Notes under the pieces: model-generated
What the model saw: the letters and a program-made list of their open reading frames with translations, nothing else
What the model was told of the DNA's origin: nothing
Database searches by the model: none
In this document: piece after piece, positions 61,005 to 64,000 of the stretch
Numbering within the stretch: position 1 is the stretch's first letter
Layout: each line of letters begins with the position of its first letter
Program-made: the position numbers and the translations under genes
NCBI RefSeq assembly: GCF_032191835.1
Contig: NC_083234.1
Span: 78,926,001-78,990,000, forward strand
Source of the DNA: Heteronotia binoei
Taxonomy: Eukaryota
Direction of reading: 5' to 3'
Length of the DNA stretch: 64,000 nucleotides

Positions 61005-61430
61005 TAGGGTTGCCAATCCCCAGGTGGGGGCAGGGGAAAGACCGCCCATTTGGAGGCCCTCCCCCACTTCAGGGTCAACGGAAAGCGGGGGCGGGGGGGA
61101 ATGTCTGCTGGGCACTCCATTATTCCTTATGAAGATCGATTCTCTTAGGGTATAATGAAGAATTGATAAGCGGGTATATGGCGCTCTGGGTGGGCTGTTT
61201 TTGAGGTAGAGGCACCAATGTTTCAGTATAGCATCCAGTGCCCCTCCCCAAAATACCCCCCAAGTTTCAAAATGATTGAACCAGGGGGTCCAATTCTATG
61301 AGCCCCCAAAGAAGGTGCCCCTATCCTTCATAATTTCCTATGGAAGGAAGGCATTTTAAAAGGTGTGTGGTCTCTTTAAATATGATGGCCAGAACTCCCT
61401 TTGGAGCCCAGTCGTGCTCATCACACCCTT
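61005..61430. mobile_element. TAGGGTTGCC MITE, interrupted by the Gypsy insertion
   Basis: Collinear with 43453-44127 up to ...catcacaccctt, where the LTR begins. Confidence 0.85.
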
Positions 61431-61705
61431 TGTAATGTACTCAGAGACGAGACGTGTTGAAGGCAACATGCTTTAATGGATGGTACATCACAGAACAGGG
61501 CAACGCGGGCCGGGACCCGCTTTATATACATTAGACCCGGAACAGCCCTCTAGCTGGCCAGTCCAATCCTGGCCAGTCAAACTTCCCGCCACTGATCTTG
61601 ATAGGTGGAGTCTTTTCCCGCGCTGCACAGGGTGACTAAGGGACTTCCCCTGGTCGCCATTGCTGCATGGCCGCGCGGTGCTTTAATCAAGCACAAGACA
61701 CTACA
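61431..61705 (-). mobile_element. Gypsy 3' LTR (275 bp)
   Basis: TGTAATGT...ACACTACA inverted ends; polypurine tract CTAGGGGGGGAGGAA adjacent (61706-61720, minus). On the minus strand: ATTGG at 61563-61567, TATATAAA at 61521-61528, ATTAAA at 61472-61477. Confidence 0.9.
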
Positions 61706-64000
61706 TTCCTCCCCCCCTAGTTTAAGTTACATAATCATGCAAGTAAGCAGGCACCCTGCATTCCCGGGTGGATCTCCTCGGGGTGGCTATCGGCGCGGAA
61801 ACAGCCCCCGGGGAGGGGGTCTCTTCTTGGGGATTCGCCCCCGGTGGCTGGCGGGCCGGCTCTGGCTGTGGGTCAGGATTACCCCCAGCCCAACAACAGG
61901 GTACAGCCCCGCAGAGCTACTCATGGGGAGGAAATTAACAACCAGGCTGGACAGGCTACACCCGGACCGAGCCACAGACGTCCGCAGTTCCCCAGAAGTC
62001 AGGGAAGCGGTGCAGGGGTTATGGAACAGGAAGGCTGCGAGGTGGTGGTCCCAGTCCCCTTGAACAATACGACCCAGGGCCTCTTTGGTGGTGGACGTTA
62101 CCGGGATCACCTCTAGCCATTTTGTGTAGGCATCGACCAGGATAAAGAAAACTTGACCCTGGTACGGGCTGGCGAAATCTAGGTGGAGGTGAGACCACGT
62201 CCGCCGGTTGGACTCCCATCGGTGGACTGGTGCTGAGGGCGGGTCAGGCCTGGACTCTTGGCATGGTTGGCACCTTCTTACCCACCCCTCTATCTCCTCA
62301 TCCATGCCTGGCCACCACACATAGCTTCTGGCCAGGGCTTTCATCCTCACTATCCCCGGGTGGATTTCGTGGAGAGCTTCTAGAACCTGTTTGTACATGG
62401 GGGGGGGGGGGAACCACCACCCTGCTGCTCCAGAGTATGCACCCCTGTTGGGTGGACAGTTCATCTCTGCGTGATGCAAACGGCCTGAACTCACTGTCCA
62501 CCTTGCCCGTAGGCCACCTCCTTCCCACCCAGTCCAAAACCCGAGCGAGGATACGGTCCCTGCCCGTTGCCCGAGCTACCTCAGCGACGTGGAGGGGGCG
62601 CTCGGGCAGGGACTCTATGAGCATCACCATGTGGGCCAGGGCGGGATCTGGATCCGTTGAGGAAAGCAGCAGGTGGCTGAGGGCGTCCGCGTGCCCCATG
62701 GCTTTGCCCGGGCGGTGCACCAGGGTGTAGGTGTAAGAGTTCAGGAATTGGTTCCACCTTAGGACTCTTTGTGACAATATTTGGGGGGTCTGACGATCAG
62801 GGGCGAGGAGGCCCAGGAGCGGCTTGTGATCAGTGGCAATGGTGAATCGCCTACCGTACAGGTAGTCATTGAATTTGTGTACCCCCGCCACGATTGCCAA
62901 AGCCTCCTTTTCGATTTGTGCGTAGTTGCACTCCGCAGGGGTCAGGGTCCTCGAATATTACGCCACTGGAACTTCCCTCCCGTCCGGGAGTTGGTGTCTC
63001 AGAACGGCGCCCACTCCGTACGGGGAAGCATCGCAAGCCAGAATCAGCGGCAGGCCCTCGTCGAAGTGGTGCAGCACGGCATTCGAGACCAGGAGGTCTT
63101 TCACCGCTTGGAATGCAGCAGCTTGGTGCTTACCCCAAACCCACGGGGCTTGTTTGTCCAGCAACCAGTGCAGCGGTTCCGCCACAGCAGCTTTGTGGGG
63201 CAAGAACGAATGATAAAAGTTCAACAAGCCCAAAAAACTCTGTAGCTCCGCCTTACACGTGGGGGCTGGGGCTGGACAATAGCCCTGGTCTTGTCCTCCG
63301 TCGGGTGAATTCCCGCCGTGTCCACGGCGAATCCCAGGAACTCCACCCGCGGAACTCCTAACAAGCATTTTTCTTTCTTTACTTTCAGTCCCGCCACTTG
63401 GAAGCGGCGGAGTACCTCTCGCAGGCGGCTGCTGAACTCTCCTGCGTCTGGGGCAGCGATTAAAACGTCGTCAAAAAATGGCTGTACTCCGGGGATCCCT
63501 TTAAGGAGAGAGTCCATTATGCTCTGAAAGATCCCCGGAGCTACGCTAACCCCAAACTTCTAACCCTAAAGGCCCCCCTGTGGGTCACAATGGTCTGTGC
63601 CTCTGCTGTCTTGGCGTCGACCGGTAGTTGCTGGTACGCTTGTGCCAAATCCAGCTTCCCAAAAACCCGGGACCCTGCTGACCACCGGGATGGGGTAGGG
63701 GTTGTCCGGGAGCGCTTTGTTTATCGTGCACTTGTAGTCAGCGCAGATTCTCACGTCCCCATTAGGTTTCACCGGCGTTACTATGGGGGTTTTCCAGGCT
63801 GCATACGCCACTGGTTCTAAGACGCCCTGGGCTGTGAGGCAGTCCAGTTCTGCCTCTATCTTAGGTTTTAAGGCAAACAGGACGTGCCTCACCTTGAGCC
63901 GAATCGGTCTGACCAGGGGATCGATCGGTAGGGTAATGGGCAGCCCCTTGTAACTCCCCAGGGACCTGTCAAAAACTGCTGGGAACTCCTGGCAGACGTC
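61706..64000 (-). mobile_element. Degraded Ty3/Gypsy pol (RT, RNase H, integrase), continues beyond the window
   Basis: WKTPIVTPVKPNGDVRICADYK, PFFDDVLI, FLGLLNFY, LACDASPYGVGAVL, FTIATDHKPL, HEIHPGIVRMKALARSYVWWPGMD..C..C, HLDFA, VDAYTKWLEV. Broken by stops and frameshifts. Confidence 0.95.

Overview
Vertebrate (squamate) genomic DNA, most likely a gecko, inferred from abundant Squam3-type SINEs. It covers part of the conserved Surfeit locus in the order known from human 9q34.2: SURF1 exon 1 (minus, partial), complete SURF2 (plus, 6 exons, 262 aa), complete SURF4 (minus, 6 exons, 269 aa) and the first 13 coding exons of the pseudokinase STKLD1/SgK071 (plus, runs off the right end). All exon boundaries were derived by hand from GT-AG sites and reading-frame phase. 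Introns are dense with mobile elements: tRNA- and 5S-derived SINEs, CR1/L2 LINE fragments, several hAT MITE families with 8-bp TSDs, palindromic Penelope-like elements, a solo LTR and a degraded Gypsy element. There is a 155-N assembly gap. I found no clearly new protein-coding system. The most interesting signals are: minimal hammerhead-ribozyme motifs that look intact in intronic Penelope-like elements, a perfect 46-bp-arm hairpin split by a SINE, an Arg-rich ORF starting inside a solo LTR terminus, an internal inversion in the Gypsy integrase, and a SURF4/STKLD1 promoter region split into two CpG islands by about 4 kb of TE sequence.
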